Origin: Octopus sinensis
Taxonomy: Eukaryota
Assembly: GCF_006345805.1 (NCBI RefSeq)
Contig: NC_043021.1
Coordinates: 26,784,001 to 26,848,000 of the forward strand
DNA: 64,000 bases
Direction: 5' to 3'
Of this stretch, positions 11,581-24,736 are shown piece after piece (position 1 is the stretch's first letter; each line of letters starts with the position of its first letter). The position numbers were made by a program, and so were the translations under genes. Under the pieces are notes generated by a model that was not told the origin of the DNA, did no database searches, and worked only from the letters and a program-made list of their open reading frames with translations.

Positions 11581-13274
11581 GACCCGTCGTTGCCAGGTCA
11601 TAGTGCTAGTGCATGTATATATGTGTATATATATGTGTACTTATTACATGTACATCTATATATATATATACATCTACACATAAAATACAAAGTTATATCT
11701 TGATATCGCTAGTGATAACAATACTCAAAATATATAACAGACTGGAATTGTAGGCCCGTCTCTTGCAATTTCGATCAATTGTATCTACTTCTGGGGGGAC
11801 ATTTTAAACTTTTATCCTGGACGTCCTACGTCCCAGATATAAAAGTGAAAATATAATATTTCCACTATGCAAGGTTCGAGTTGAGTACTTCCTTGGACGC
11901 TCCGTTGACTCGAACCTTGCTTCTATTGTGGCGAATTTACCGCGTCTGGTTAGATATATTTCATAGTCGCACCAAGACACTTTTTGATAGTGCTTTCCTC
12001 CAGGTGTTCAAATCATTTTTTTTCCTCTACATTGTATACTTTATGGACAATAGTCTTTTCTTTAATTTAATTTTTTTATTTCGTTTGGTGGTGTTATCCT
12101 AGATTCACCGTCTTTGTTGGTGATCAATCCGAAATAGGTTTGCATTTCTTCCATTTTAATTTTAATGAGTTCGCACCCGCCGACAGCTGCAGCGAAATTC
12201 ATTTTTGGACTTTCTTCTATCGAAGGCATTCTAACAAAAATGCTTCTGTATAAACGGTGAAAATATTGTCAGTTTCCCCAAACAGGGACACAATTCAATT
12301 TTTAAACAATAACCAAAGCTCCTTCTCCCAAAGGGGGAGGGTTACGGTTTACAATTATTTAACAAATGCAACACAACAACATTTCCCTTTCAAGGAACCA
12401 ACAAACGTGATAACAATAGTTAAGCAGTAATAATAATAACAACAAACCTTACGGTGAATCAAAAAGCAGTACGCAGTTGAGGCTATAGTCCTTTATGTAT
12501 AAGAAGTAAACCAACAGCAGTACTCAGTAGAAGCGGCTGTTCGAGAAAACAGATATTACATACAGCCAAACTTCATATAGATACTTAATGCTAGCTAATT
12601 AGCAGATAATCTAATGTAAAAGCCGTGGTAAACGGTATGTGCACAGCTCCATCTGGACTTTTCCATTTCTGCACACTAATTTTATTTTTAATTTATTCCC
12701 ATTCATGTGAAACCACTTATTCAAGTTCAAGTCATTGATGCAATTTTATACCAATTGCAATTTTTACTTTTGTTATGTTATGATTTAATTATTATATTAT
12801 ACTTTATTTTGATTTTAATTATTACTTACTACTTATAATTCAATTGTTATTATTATCTCTAATTTTTATTGTTAAAGTGAAAGTATCTGACATAAAATAG
12901 AGAAATGTTTTTGTTTCACTTTTAACATGTAATACTGAAATAGTGGAGAAGATATGATATTGCCATGGGCTTGCCCTAGGCAAGAAGTTGAATATTGTTT
13001 TTGCCCATGAAACTACATGGACCCTAAGTAAGGCATGTGTAAAATTTGAATGAAATTGGTTGTGTAGTTCTCAAGTTTTAGGGAATCATAGTGGAGAAGA
13101 TATGATATTGCTGTGGGCTCGCCCTAGGCAAGAAGTTGAATATTGTTTTTGCCCATGAAACTACATGGACCCCAAGTAGGGCATGTGTAAAATTTGATGA
13201 AATTGGTTGCGTAGTTCTCAAGTTTTAGGAAAACACACAAACAGACACACATTCTCAGTTTTATATATATAGAG

Positions 13275-13275
<1 letters not shown>
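11575..13275 (-). mobile_element. Non-autonomous Helitron, long variant with internal cargo and a 148-bp subterminal tandem duplication
   Basis: 5' end a|TCTCTATATATATAAAACTGAG at 13275; 3' hairpin GACCTG-gcaacga-CGGGTC near 11581-11599 (terminal CTAG lost into (AT)n); colinear with the Helitron at 55654-56382; duplicated units start at 12940 and 13088. Confidence 0.85.
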
Positions 13276-13315
<40 letters not shown>

Positions 13316-14984
13316 TATAGAAATTTTTTAACTTAGCATTTTTTTCTTCTGCCTTTAATTGCTTAGTCAAAGAGCAAGACCAACATTCACTCAAATATTT
13401 CCCCAGTAAGGTGGGTAGAATAAAGGCAAAATGTTACTTTCAGACAGAGACTTAACCTGAATATTCAGAACCAAGTGGATTCAGGACTGCCCGAAAGACA
13501 TCCAAGTGCTGAGTAGAGACATTAAGGTGAGCATCACATTACAATTCCTCTCCATCACCACTACCAAATTTTTAAAAAGGCACAACAGGTAGACAGTGTT
13601 TAAGGAGGTTGCTTTGTGACTACATGGTTTGGGGTTCAATCCCATTGCATGGCACCTTGAGCAAGTGAGTTTGACTGAAGAGTGAATCTAATAGATGGAA
13701 AGTGTGTGGAAGTTCAATTGTGTGTATGTATATGTGTATGTGTGTACGTACATGTGTATGTATGTATGTATGTATGTATGTATGTATGAACGTGTGTTAT
13801 TGTGTCTGTCTGTTCACACCAACAGCTTCACAACTAATGCTGGTTTGTTTGTGTTACCAAAACTTAGCAGTTTGGCAAAGACGACTAATAGAATAAGCAT
13901 CAGGCTTAAAAAAAAAAGGAAGTCATAAGGTCAATTTATTTGACTGAAACCCTTGAAGACAGTGCCCCAGCATGGCCACAGTCCAGTGACTGAAACAAGT
14001 AAAAATACATAAGAGAAGATATTGGTTTTAAATTTTGGTACAAGGCCAGCAATTTCAGGAGAGGGTGCAAGTCAATTACATCAACCCCAGCGCTCAACTG
14101 GTACTTATTTTAATGACCTTGAAAGGATGAAAGGCAAAGTTAGCCTCAGTGGAAATTGAACTCAGAATGAAATGCCACTAAGTATTTTGCCTAGTGTGGT
14201 AACTATTCTGCCAGCTTGCCACCTTACAATAAGAGAAAATATTAAAATATATTTTTTCTTTTAATAATTTCAATCAATTTATTGTGATTGTCCATAGACA
14301 ATGTCATGTAAAGCTGAGTCGAACCCAATTGCATATCTGCCACTAGGGCACATGAATCATTTTTAACTACTATTACCCAGTATCTTTTGGTCTTAGGTTT
14401 TCTTTATAACCCAGGCCCCAACCAGTCTGATATAGATTTAATTGGTAATCGTAGTGTCATCCATCCCTTTTCCAGGATAGGGATGCTACTGGTCTGTTGG
14501 CTATCAGGAATTTTGTCATCCACTTTGAGAAGTTTTCTGTTTTACAAAATTTCTGAGTGCCCATAAGGTGGTGAGCTGGCAGAATCATTAGCATACGGGA
14601 CACAATGCTTAACTACATTTCTTCTGGCTCTTATATTTTGAGTTCAAATTCTACCAAGGACAACTCTACCGTTCATCCTCTTTGAAAGAATGACCTTTCT
14701 CCTTGGCATCATCCTCATCATCATTTTAATATCCACTTCTCCATGCTTGCATGGGTCAGAGGAAGTTTATGAAGACAACTTTTCTATGTCTGGATGCTTT
14801 TCCTATTGCTAACCCTCACCTGTTTTGAAGCAAGGTTTTATTTTACCATGGCCAAATATATTCTGGCAGAATATGAGAAATAAATGATACCGCTAATATG
14901 ACAGTGATACTCATTTACAACTATCATGTGACATCAAGACAAGGATACCACACACACACATATGTTAATTGTGAAGGATGATGC

Positions 14985-15990
14985 TTGAGCTGTGAAATCT
15001 TTTAACACTTCTTATTGATAACTGCATTGTTTCTTTCCAGGCAAACTGACATCTTACTGTTCCAAGAAGTCTTCAAAAGAAATTAGTAGAGACTTCTCTT
15101 GAAAATGGACAAAATTTGGTATCATGATGTTATCAAGTACCTGCAGGAAAAGGGTTTAGTCCCCAAGGACATTCATGCTGACATGGTTACTACATTAGGG
15201 GATGATACTTCAGCTTTATCAGTTGGACTAAAGTGGGCAACTGAGTTTAGGAGAGAGTCTTGAAGATGACCCATGATTTGGATGTTCTGCAACTGCTATC
15301 ACTAAGGAAAACATTGACTGTGGTGATGGATGACAGGCAATTGACTATAAATAGCCAATGCTATTAGAATATTCCTTGAGAGAGTTGAGAATATTCTGCA
15401 CAATGAACTTGACGTGAAGATGCCACATCTTCTGACACCTGATCAAAAGTGCACCAGGCTGATCACATCATGGGAAAATCTGACATTGTTTGTGGCAGAT
15501 CCAGCTGGTTTCCTTTAACGTTTCCTGACCCAGGTTGTTGTTAGGTTCATCACTTTGGCCTCAATTGGATCAAAGTGAGATGTGTTTATTGACTCTCTTC
15601 AAAGGGGCCACCCACTCAATGAAGAGTACTACACCAACTTTGTGAAGCAGTTACGAAAGGTGATCAGGATCAAACACCCAAGAAAACTGATGAAAGTCCT
15701 TGGTTTCAATGGCTACTGTGCATGAGTGGCTCCCTATTATCTTGATTTTGCCCATCTGACTATCATCTGTTCTTCAATTTAAAAAAAACACTTGACTGGA
15801 AACCTGTAATGATGAAGTAATATCTGCTGCTGATGAATTTTTCACTAACAAGATGAAAGCTTCTTCACCAATGAAATTCAACCACTGCAACACCGATGGA
15901 AGAAATAAATGGACTACAACGGGGACTATGTTGAAAATTAAACCTCATTTGGTCACATTGGTCAGCCTATGAACTTCTCAGCTGAACCTC
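14985..15990 (+). mobile_element. Mariner transposon fossil
   Basis: MDKIWYHDVIKYLQEKGLVPKDIHADMVTTLGDD (ATG 15105), ESLEDDP; C-terminal ..RW..GDYVE; 3' TIR-like ggtcagcctatgaacttctcagctgaacctc followed by TA; many stops and deletions. Confidence 0.85.
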
Positions 15991-16507
15991 ATATGTACAT
16001 ACATACATACATATACAACATACATATGTATATTGTATATGTATATATGGTCAAGTTTACATAAGGTACATAAATTTCATGTAGCTGCACACCAGTTGTA
16101 CACAAGAAAAGTTCAGTTTCAGGCACTATTATCATTCATCATGCTGAAAACCGATCTTGAGTACAATTTGGCAAGTAGCTATAAGAAAACTAAGTGGCTG
16201 ATTGCTTGAGTTTTCATTCTGATGAATGCTAATGCAGTGAACCATTGTACTTTTCCTAAGTTCAGTTGGTATGCAATTGTACCATCAGAAACTTAAGTGG
16301 CCCTTCTGTATCCTAAGTACTATATAGAGAACATGTCAAATTCTTCTATGAACTGCATTCTTGTAACCAGTTGAAAATTGTTCATATAGTATTCATACAT
16401 ATTGTGTGTGTGTATTTATATACGTAAAATATACAGGATGGTGAATATTTTTAGAAATTTCACCTCCAGTGGCCTAGCATGTATAAAAAGTCAATAGACA
16501 ACATATT

Positions 16508-16770
16508 CTCAATATAAAATAATGTACATTTAAACACAAGAGAAAATTACCTTTAACAGGTAATTTTTACATGCAGTCAAAATGACCAAAACCACATTTA
16601 AGAGCAATATACCCCTCATGACTACCCATGGTAGTCCCAAGGGTAGAAACCTTTCGAAAATTGCTCTTAAATGTGGTTTTTGTCGTTTTGACTGCTTCTT
16701 CTAGCATGTAAAAATTACCTGTTAAAGGTAGGTTTCTCTTGTGTTTAAATGCACATTATTTTATATTGAG
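16508..16770. repeat. Inverted repeat, arms ~100-110 bp, ~50-bp spacer
   Basis: ctcaatataaaat..acctttaacaggtaatttttacatgcagtc..agagcaat (16508-16608) vs attgctct..ttatattgag (16660-16770); 10-bp insertion in the right arm. Confidence 0.88.
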
Positions 16771-16986
16771 TATATATATATAATAATATGTCTGTTTGAA
16801 TTTACAAATAGGAAGGGAAGGGGAAAATAAGTAATACAATAAGGAGAGTTAATATGTATCTTTGTTTCATAAGTGTTATATGAAATATGTGAGAGTAAAG
16901 ATTAGCAATTTTTTTTACTGCTTCAAAATTAAAAAGAACAAATATATTTTGATATAAAATAATAATAATAATGATAATAATAATAA

Positions 16987-17382
16987 GCAAATATTCTGCT
17001 CAATACCACAAATTTGCTTGTCAGTTGTTTGACCGTAACCAGTTGAGCATGTTCCTTGGTGGCTGATGATATGTGGATCTCTGATCACAAGAAGAAGTAG
17101 TGGGGGAGCATCATAGCCATGTGTTGAGAGGAATTCTTTGGGGTTTGAATAATTCACCTTTGGAAACATCAGTGTTTTGTTCAACATCCTTAAACACCCC
17201 TTATTCAGGGACCTTTTGAGTGGGATGGGCTACTCAACTTGAAGGAAATTGTAAAGTAGGCCCCACCTACAAGGTCATATGCCGTTAATCTTGATATGAG
17301 ATCACCATGCCATGCACATATGGTTGTGATGCCTGTGCCTGGTGTACCCTTGTGCCATTTTGATGGCATGCACTGCTCTCTC
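16987..17382 (-). mobile_element. Non-coding interspersed repeat family D flanked by (TAA)n
   Basis: Homologous to 47846-48370(+) (gagagagcagtgca..aagggtacac..ctcaacacatggctatgatgct..gaatatttgc); both bounded by (ATT/TAA)n. Confidence 0.75.
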
Positions 17383-17589
17383 AATAATAATAATAATAAT
17401 AATAATAATAATTATCCTTTCTACTATAGGCACAAGGCCTGAAATTTGTGGGGAAGGGACAAGTTGATTACATCGACCCCAGTGTTTTAAGGCAAAGTTG
17501 ATCTCAGCAGAATTTGAATGCAAAACACAGAGGCAGATAAAATACTGCTAAGCATTTCGTCCGGCATGCTAACAGTTTTGCCATAATAA

Positions 17590-18040
17590 CAATAACTTGG
17601 AACTGCATGCATATTGTGTTAATTACTATCTGTCTGAAGTCCTTGTTGTGACTTGACAAACAATACAAACCCCTAGTAAACACAATATTTTCAACCTCAC
17701 GATATTGTATACTGTGCAACGTCTACAATAATAATGATAATAATAATAATATGTACTGGGACATTTTGGTATATGCAGACAGAACCATCAAAGCTAATAA
17801 ACAGGATATTGATATAAAAGACCAAAATAATAATGTTTGTTTATTGATTGATATGAGTATCCCTTGTGATCACAATATGGTGATCATAATATTGCAAGCT
17901 CAGAAAATATAAAGATTTGCTGATTGAAATCAAAAAATTGTGGCATCTCAAGGAGGTTACAATACCAGTGATTGCAAGGAATGATCGGATAAGGAACTGA
18001 AAATTATTTGATACCTGGCTTACCATGCATGAAAAAGTGG
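17590..18040 (+). mobile_element. Two R4/Dong 3' fragments separated by (TAA)n
   Basis: 3' end-like piece ending in aataataat at ~17730, then YWDILVYADRTIKANKQDI..LIDMSIPCD..KYKDLLIEIKKLWHLK..IPVI. Confidence 0.7.
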
Positions 18041-18843
18041 AAAGATTTTTATAAACTAGTATGACACAAGTGTTGAGAAGAGCATTGTTGCTGTGAGAAT
18101 GATTACCATCCCATGTAAATAATTTTTTTGCATGTGACTTTATTTGATTTTGTAAATGAACAATCAGGTGTGTTTATTTTAATGACATGTGTATAGTGAG
18201 TTTCTTTGCCTATGTATTGAGAAGATGCATGACAAGAAATAGAAACAAATTTGAAAGAATTAAAATAATAATATTTATGTGTGTGTGTGTGAGAGTGGAT
18301 GTGTGTATCTGTCTGTTAGTGCAGTAATACATTATCCTAAAGAAGAATCTGGGCCAATCAAAGTATTGTACTGAATGCAAAAACATGAAAGATTTGGTTA
18401 ATAGTAGTCTGGAAATATCAAATGATTCTTTACATGGAAAACTTTACAAAGAAAGAAAGAAGTAGAAAAATAGAAAGTAAAACTCCGAACTTACATTTGC
18501 GCAACATTCTTAGGAAGGTAGGATTCTGGGGAAAAGTATCCCATGATGCAAAAGGGGAGAAAAGTCAGCCATTTATGGTTTATATTTTCCTTTCTGCTTT
18601 TTTTTTGTTTTTTTTTATAAAAGCATTTCATTTTTTTTCTTTTCTTTTGCTTATCTTAAACCAGCTCCAATTATTTGCAACCATTTTCAGACTGGCCCTG
18701 CACCGATTATGTTTACTGTTATAGGAGATTGGGGTTAGCATATATATATATATATATACACATATATATATATATACATATATATATACACATATATATA
18801 TATATACATATATATATACATATACATATATATACATATATAT

Positions 18844-18890
<47 letters not shown>

Positions 18891-18990
18891 ATATGTATAT
18901 ATATATACATATATACATATATATACTTACATATATCTATATATATATGTGTGTGTATATATATACACAAACATATATATATATATACAA

Positions 18991-19061
<71 letters not shown>

Positions 19062-19381
19062 CATACATATATATACGTATACTTCAGTGGTGTACCACAG
19101 GATGAAACAGGGTGTGCTGAATATTAAAAATATTGATAACAATGAATGGAATTTTATATTAATAATAAATGATGCAATCATCTTAAATAAACAGTATACG
19201 CTTAAGAAGGTACTGCTAACATTTTAACAGGAATTGCTATAAGACATTATAAGCACCAATTTGAGTTCAGAAAGAAGTAGAATTCATTCTAATAAACAAG
19301 CCATGAACCTATAGTTGCTTGCTGAGTGAAGATGCTAAATGGATTATACTACAAAGTTTTATTTCAACTGTTCATTTAAAG

Positions 19382-19597
19382 CAGTGTTTCTCAACCATTT
19401 TACTCAGATGGAACCTCCTAGCTATTCAATGTTAAAAAATATTGTATTATATTTTCATTGTTAAATACTATTAGGAATTGCATTAAAAAATTGTTAGAAT
19501 ATTGTAGAATTATAACCAATTTATTGCACATAAATTTTAACAATAAAATCATATAAGGATCCCTATAGGCCATATGGACCCCAGTTGAGAACCACTG
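19382..19597. mobile_element. hAT (Charlie-like) MITE, 216 bp, 8-bp TSD
   Basis: TIRs CAGTGTTTCTCAAC / GTTGAGAACCACTG; identical TSD ATTTAAAG at 19374-19381 and 19598-19605. Confidence 0.92.
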
Positions 19598-20357
19598 ATT
19601 TAAAGCAACAGAAACTATTTATGATACCTAGAATAGAACAATAATTTTGTAGTGCAATCAGTAATGTGGTCACCAGGCAAGTACCAGATAAATGGTCTGA
19701 TCTCTCACCAGTCTGGCCTGTTACTCATTTCTGTCTAGCAGTCGTGCTTATATTTAACATTGACAGTTTACTGTGCTTTATAAAATACTAACAGATTTTG
19801 GTTGGGCACAAGGCCAGTTTTTGTATAAAACACAGTATATGATAGTCAATAAAATATCAACTCAAATACAATGAAATACTGGTATGTATTTAATTGACTA
19901 TGGAGGGACAAAACACTAGAATCAACCTCCCCACTGAAATAGGATTGGCATTTAGAATAGAGAACTTAAACAGGTATTATTGTACAGTTTCACACTACAT
20001 AACAGGTTTGCTTATCATTTGACACCTGACTATTTAAACTCTTTTTATGTTTTCACTTCTTATGCTCTTTCTTTCACTTTATACCCACCTATAATAACTA
20101 ATAGCTTCTGTGTTTGCCTGACTTGTTAGAAGAAGCAATCAAATCTATCCCAGAATTGGTAAAGATCAAGTTACTTACCCAACAATTGTTTTTATACAAC
20201 TGACTTTAATTACTGCTCCTCTCCCTCTCCCAATTATACTTTTGAATGTTGTACTCATTATTGTTACAATGTCTACTTTTCCATGCTTGCATGCGTTAGA
20301 TGTAAGTATGTATATATTCCTGCATACATGCATATACACATACACATATATATGATA

Positions 20358-20396
<39 letters not shown>

Positions 20397-20539
20397 AAGT
20401 ATGGGGGTTTAGTTCACAGGTGATCTAAATGACTAGGTACACTAGGTAAGTGCTGTAACAGATTACCAAGGCTCCAAGGTTATAGTTGAGATGGTAGTTA
20501 TGGAGCCATTGCAGATTTCTGACACAGCGGATATATAAT

Positions 20540-20699
20540 TGTTAAAGAGGACAACAAACATTAAGGCAAGACAAACATCTCAAGTCGTCTACAATATCAT
20601 TATTGGAAGAATTCAAAGTACTTTGAATTTTTCCAATAATGATAATGTATACGACTTGAGATGTTTGTCTTGCCTTAATGTTTGTTGTCCTCTTTAACA
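20540..20699. repeat. Spacer-less 160-bp palindrome (80-bp arms, 3 mismatches)
   Basis: Centre aattcaaagt|actttgaatt between 20619 and 20620; arms tgttaaagaggacaacaaac.. / ..gtttgttgtcctctttaaca. Confidence 0.95.
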
Positions 20700-20717
20700 G
20701 TCTTTCATATATATATA

Positions 20718-20940
20718 TCATCATCATCGTTTAACGTCCGTTTTCCATGCTAGCATGGGTTGGATGGTTTGACTGGGGTCTAGGAAGGTAGGAGGCTGCA
20801 CCAGGCCCCACTCTGATCTGGCAGTGTTTCTACAGCTGGATGCCCTTCCTAACACCAAACACTCCATGAGTGTAGTGGGTACTTTTTACATGCCACCGGC
20901 ACAGGTGCCAGGGGAGGCTGGCAACGGCCACGATCGGTTG
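20718..20940 (-). mobile_element. RTE LINE 3' UTR fragment with (GAT)n tail
   Basis: Reverse complement of ..ccaacCCATGCTAGCATGGaaaacggacgttaaacgatgatgatg; same 3' end as 38010-38893; similar copies at 25167-25482(-) and 28615-29105(+). Confidence 0.85.
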
Positions 20941-22035
20941 TTTTCCCCTCAGTTGTAAATGGGTAACCTTACAATGGACTCATCTTCCAGTCAAGGGTTA
21001 ATATTGGCCTGCTCATCTAGCCTGTGGGGTGACTTCATTCAAAAAGCTAAAATGAGGCAAAGCACACTGTGACTAGCGGTGTATAACAGTCTGGTTGATC
21101 ATTTGATCGCATGATACATGTATGTGTGTGTGAGTGAGTGTCTATGTATGTATGTGTCTTTGTCACCCCCACCTAATGCTTAACAATCAGTGTTGGTTTC
21201 TTTGTGACACCATAACTTAGAAGTTCAACAAAAGGAACCGGTAGAACAAGTACCTAATTTTAAAATAAAACACAAGTACTGGGGTCAATTTCTTTGACTT
21301 AAAACCCTTCACACCTGTTCCTTATGGCAGCAGTCCAATGACTGACACAAGTTAAAAGATAAAACACCAGGTGAATAATGACAAATCTATTTTACTAAAC
21401 TCTTTGTTATTTTCATGATTAAAGGAAACAAAGTATTTCAACAGAAATACAGCAGTGAAAGGGTTAAAATTTGTATCATCTCTATGTGTAGCTATTCTAT
21501 GTGAGTGAGAAACTGAAGTGAAGGGGTAAACAAAAAGCAGAATTGTTTTGGTGGAAAGAAAAGCATTCTGAAATTGATCTTGTTAGATGTAGTGTGAAAC
21601 TGTTACTAATGACTGAAAATTAAACAATAGACTGTAAAATATTGAATAGAATAATACCCTGTCGATTCTGCTACCTTCCTTGTCCTTGGGGGTTATGAAT
21701 ATTAAAGATAATGTAAATAATTGCAGAAAGCATGTAAAGATGATATTACAAGCACACCCTGACAATACAACCTCTGATATTGAAATGAAACTTAAAACTT
21801 ACAACATTGACACAGATAAAAAAATAATGCAGGCAGCCAAGATTTGAAGCAAATGTGAAAGCTGGCAAAAATAATACATACACACATTACATATATACAT
21901 ACCATATATATATATATATATAAAAACATATATACATACATATATATATATATAAAAACATATATACATACATATATATATGTAAATGTATATATATATA
22001 TATATATATATATATGTGCGTGTATATATATACAC

Positions 22036-22081
<46 letters not shown>

Positions 22082-22609
22082 GCACATACACATAAACATA
22101 TACCTATACATATATACCTATGCATATACATATGTATATATGAACAAGTAAACATCAATGACCCATACAATATAAATTACTAAATGAAAGACTGAAACAT
22201 AACCAAGCATGTTTTTTTTTGTTAAATTTCCTGTTTTTGACTCATATTTTCATCCTAATTTGGTTTGACATACAAAGGTTGATGAATTACAAAGCACAAT
22301 TTTGAAATTCTGATTACAGTCGTCCATTGGACTGCAGCCACACAGAGGCATCATCTTAGAGGATTTTAGTCAATTTTATCCACACGAGTCGATAAAATTT
22401 AGTACAACTTCTGTATGTATGTCAGTCTGAGAAAAGTCCCCCCCCCCCAAAAAAGGAGGTATTATATGAAGGAGGAGCATGTATGGCTTGCATCTTTATG
22501 CCATGAAGAGTTATGTTATGAAGTACAAGAGGGAATACTTAAGCTACTAAACTGGCTACAACAATTTCTTGTGCGTCTCTGGACTATATTTCACAACTTC
22601 TGAAAGATA

Positions 22610-24060
22610 TCTGTTTAGATTTACAGCCAAACATGGAAACATTGATAACTACCATACATGAGGCAAAGTCAGAGAAAGCTCCTGGTGTTGACAACATCTT
22701 CAGAGAAATCTATATGTATGATGGAAGGGAATTACGCTATAGACTTCTCTAATTGTTCAGAGAATGTTGACAATGCAGTGACCAACACCAATAGTTCAAT
22801 GATGCACAGGTAGTCACCATTTACAAGTGGAAGGATGAACAACAGGATTATGGAAATTACGAAGGAATTTTCTTTGAATTGCAGGGAAAAGTCTAGCAAA
22901 AATACTGATCAAGGGATTATAAAATTTATCAGAATGAATTCTTCCTAAAAACCAGAATGAATTCTTCCTAAAAGCCAGTGTAGTTTTCATATGTCTAGGA
23001 ACACCATTGATATGGTTTTCACTTTGTGACAAACTTAAGAAAAGCCTATCAGAAAGTGTATCCCACTTTTCATGGTGTTCACCAACTTAATGAAATTGAC
23101 AGTGTGGGAACAGAAGATCTATGGATCTTCTTCAAAGATATTATTATTAAGTCAAATTTGTGGAGATAGTCAAGTAGTTTCATGCGAATATATTTACTGC
23201 AGTCTCTCGTGAGTATGACTACTTGACATCCTTTCCAATCACCAATGAATTAAAGCAGGACTGTGTACTAGTTCAAATGAAATTTGGATTATTTCTGGAT
23301 ACCATACCTGAAAGGTGAAAGCAAATTCAAAGGTAGAGAGCATATCTGCACAAAAGCAGATAATAGGTTGTAGTCTTAATTTAGCATGAACTGACTCAGT
23401 GTGGACTATTCACAAACATCTCTTTACTAATGACTCAGATCTCATGGCTCAATCCTTAGAAGATAGAAAATGACACTCTATTTTGAATGACTGATGTCAG
23501 ATTTTGGCCTTCCAAGAAGTGCAAAATAATCTAAAGTCTTGTATCAGCCTAAGCCTGGCATGCTCACACACTAACCACTAACTACCATATTGCAAATCAA
23601 CCTCTATGTATGTTGAAAAAGTTCACATATTTAGGAAGTTCAATTTACAATGATAACAGCCTAGATGCAGAGGCAGATTATTGCATACAGTCAACTGCAG
23701 TCACTTTCAGAAAGCCCAATGATTATCAGTGGAAACAAGGCATAATACTCTCAGTAAAATGCAGAGTGTACTGTCCTATGTGTCATAATCTACTGGGACC
23801 TAAATTCTCTATTGCGTCCATATCAAAAAGTTGATAAGCTACCAGTTAAACAAGCTACATATTGTGGTGAATATGTCTTAATGTGATAAAATCTCTAACC
23901 AATAGGTCCTGTGGTGTGGAAATATGCCGGCATCACAATTTCGCTGGACAGGACATATGAATGTGATCTGTATGGAGGAGACTAGGATCTCCAAGACCAT
24001 GCTCCACAGTGGAAGTTGTGGAAGAGGATATCTGAAACTCTTATAAGGATGCCATCAAAT
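22610..24060 (+). mobile_element. Degenerate RTE (BovB-like) LINE reverse transcriptase region
   Basis: Remnants KSEKAPGVDNI, VVTIYK..DYGNY, AGKSLAKIL, SFPITN..KQDCVL, KFTYLGSSIYNDNSLDAE; riddled with stops. Confidence 0.8.
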
Positions 24061-24111
24061 GACCTCTTAGTGAAGAGGGTGACCTAATTATGATAGCATA
24101 AAAGACAATGA

Positions 24112-24736
24112 GGCAGAATTTTAGTTTAAGCACCCCCATATAACCCCTCATAACATTTTTATTTTTGGAAATTTTCAGAAAATTGTTGCATATTTGCGTT
24201 CTACACATGGGAATTCATACATCATGATCACGAACATGATCATCATTTAATGTCTGTTTTCCTGCTGATAGTTTGACAGGGTCTGGCTAGGTAGAAGACT
24301 GCACCAGGTTTCTGTTTTTGTAGGGTTTTTATGGCTGAATGCCCTTCCTAACACCAACCACCATACAGATTATGAAAAAAGAATTTTTTTTAATTTTTCA
24401 AATATATTTTTTTTTTATAAATCTGAGTTTAAAATATGGACAGACCAAATTTTTTGCTTAGATCCCGACAATAAACCATTAACTGTGTTTATAAGGAGAA
24501 AGTTATAGAAAAACATCAATACATCACAGTCACAAAGAAGTGAGGAAGGTATCAGTTGGTGTTAATAACAAAAGCTAACTAGTCCTTAAATCACATGCAG
24601 ATTTTTAAAAATTAGTTTTTTGCATAATTGTATGAATTCCCATGTGTAGAATGCAAATTTGCAAAAATTTTCTGAAAATTCAGAAAATAAAAATGTTAAG
24701 AGGGGTTATATGGAGTGCTGAAACCAGAATTCTGTC
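24112..24736. mobile_element. MITE-like element with ~105-bp TIRs, interrupted by an RTE-tail fragment
   Basis: Arms 24112-24220 and 24630-24736 (gcacccccatataacccct..ctacacatgggaattcatac vs gtatgaattcccatgtgtag..aggggttatatggagtgc); no clear TSD. Confidence 0.7.

Noticed and set aside
18494-20300. Isolated minus-strand GTAAGT donors near 18494 and 20179
   Set aside because: No acceptor and open frame giving a recognisable peptide; such hexamers are expected by chance in AT-rich DNA.
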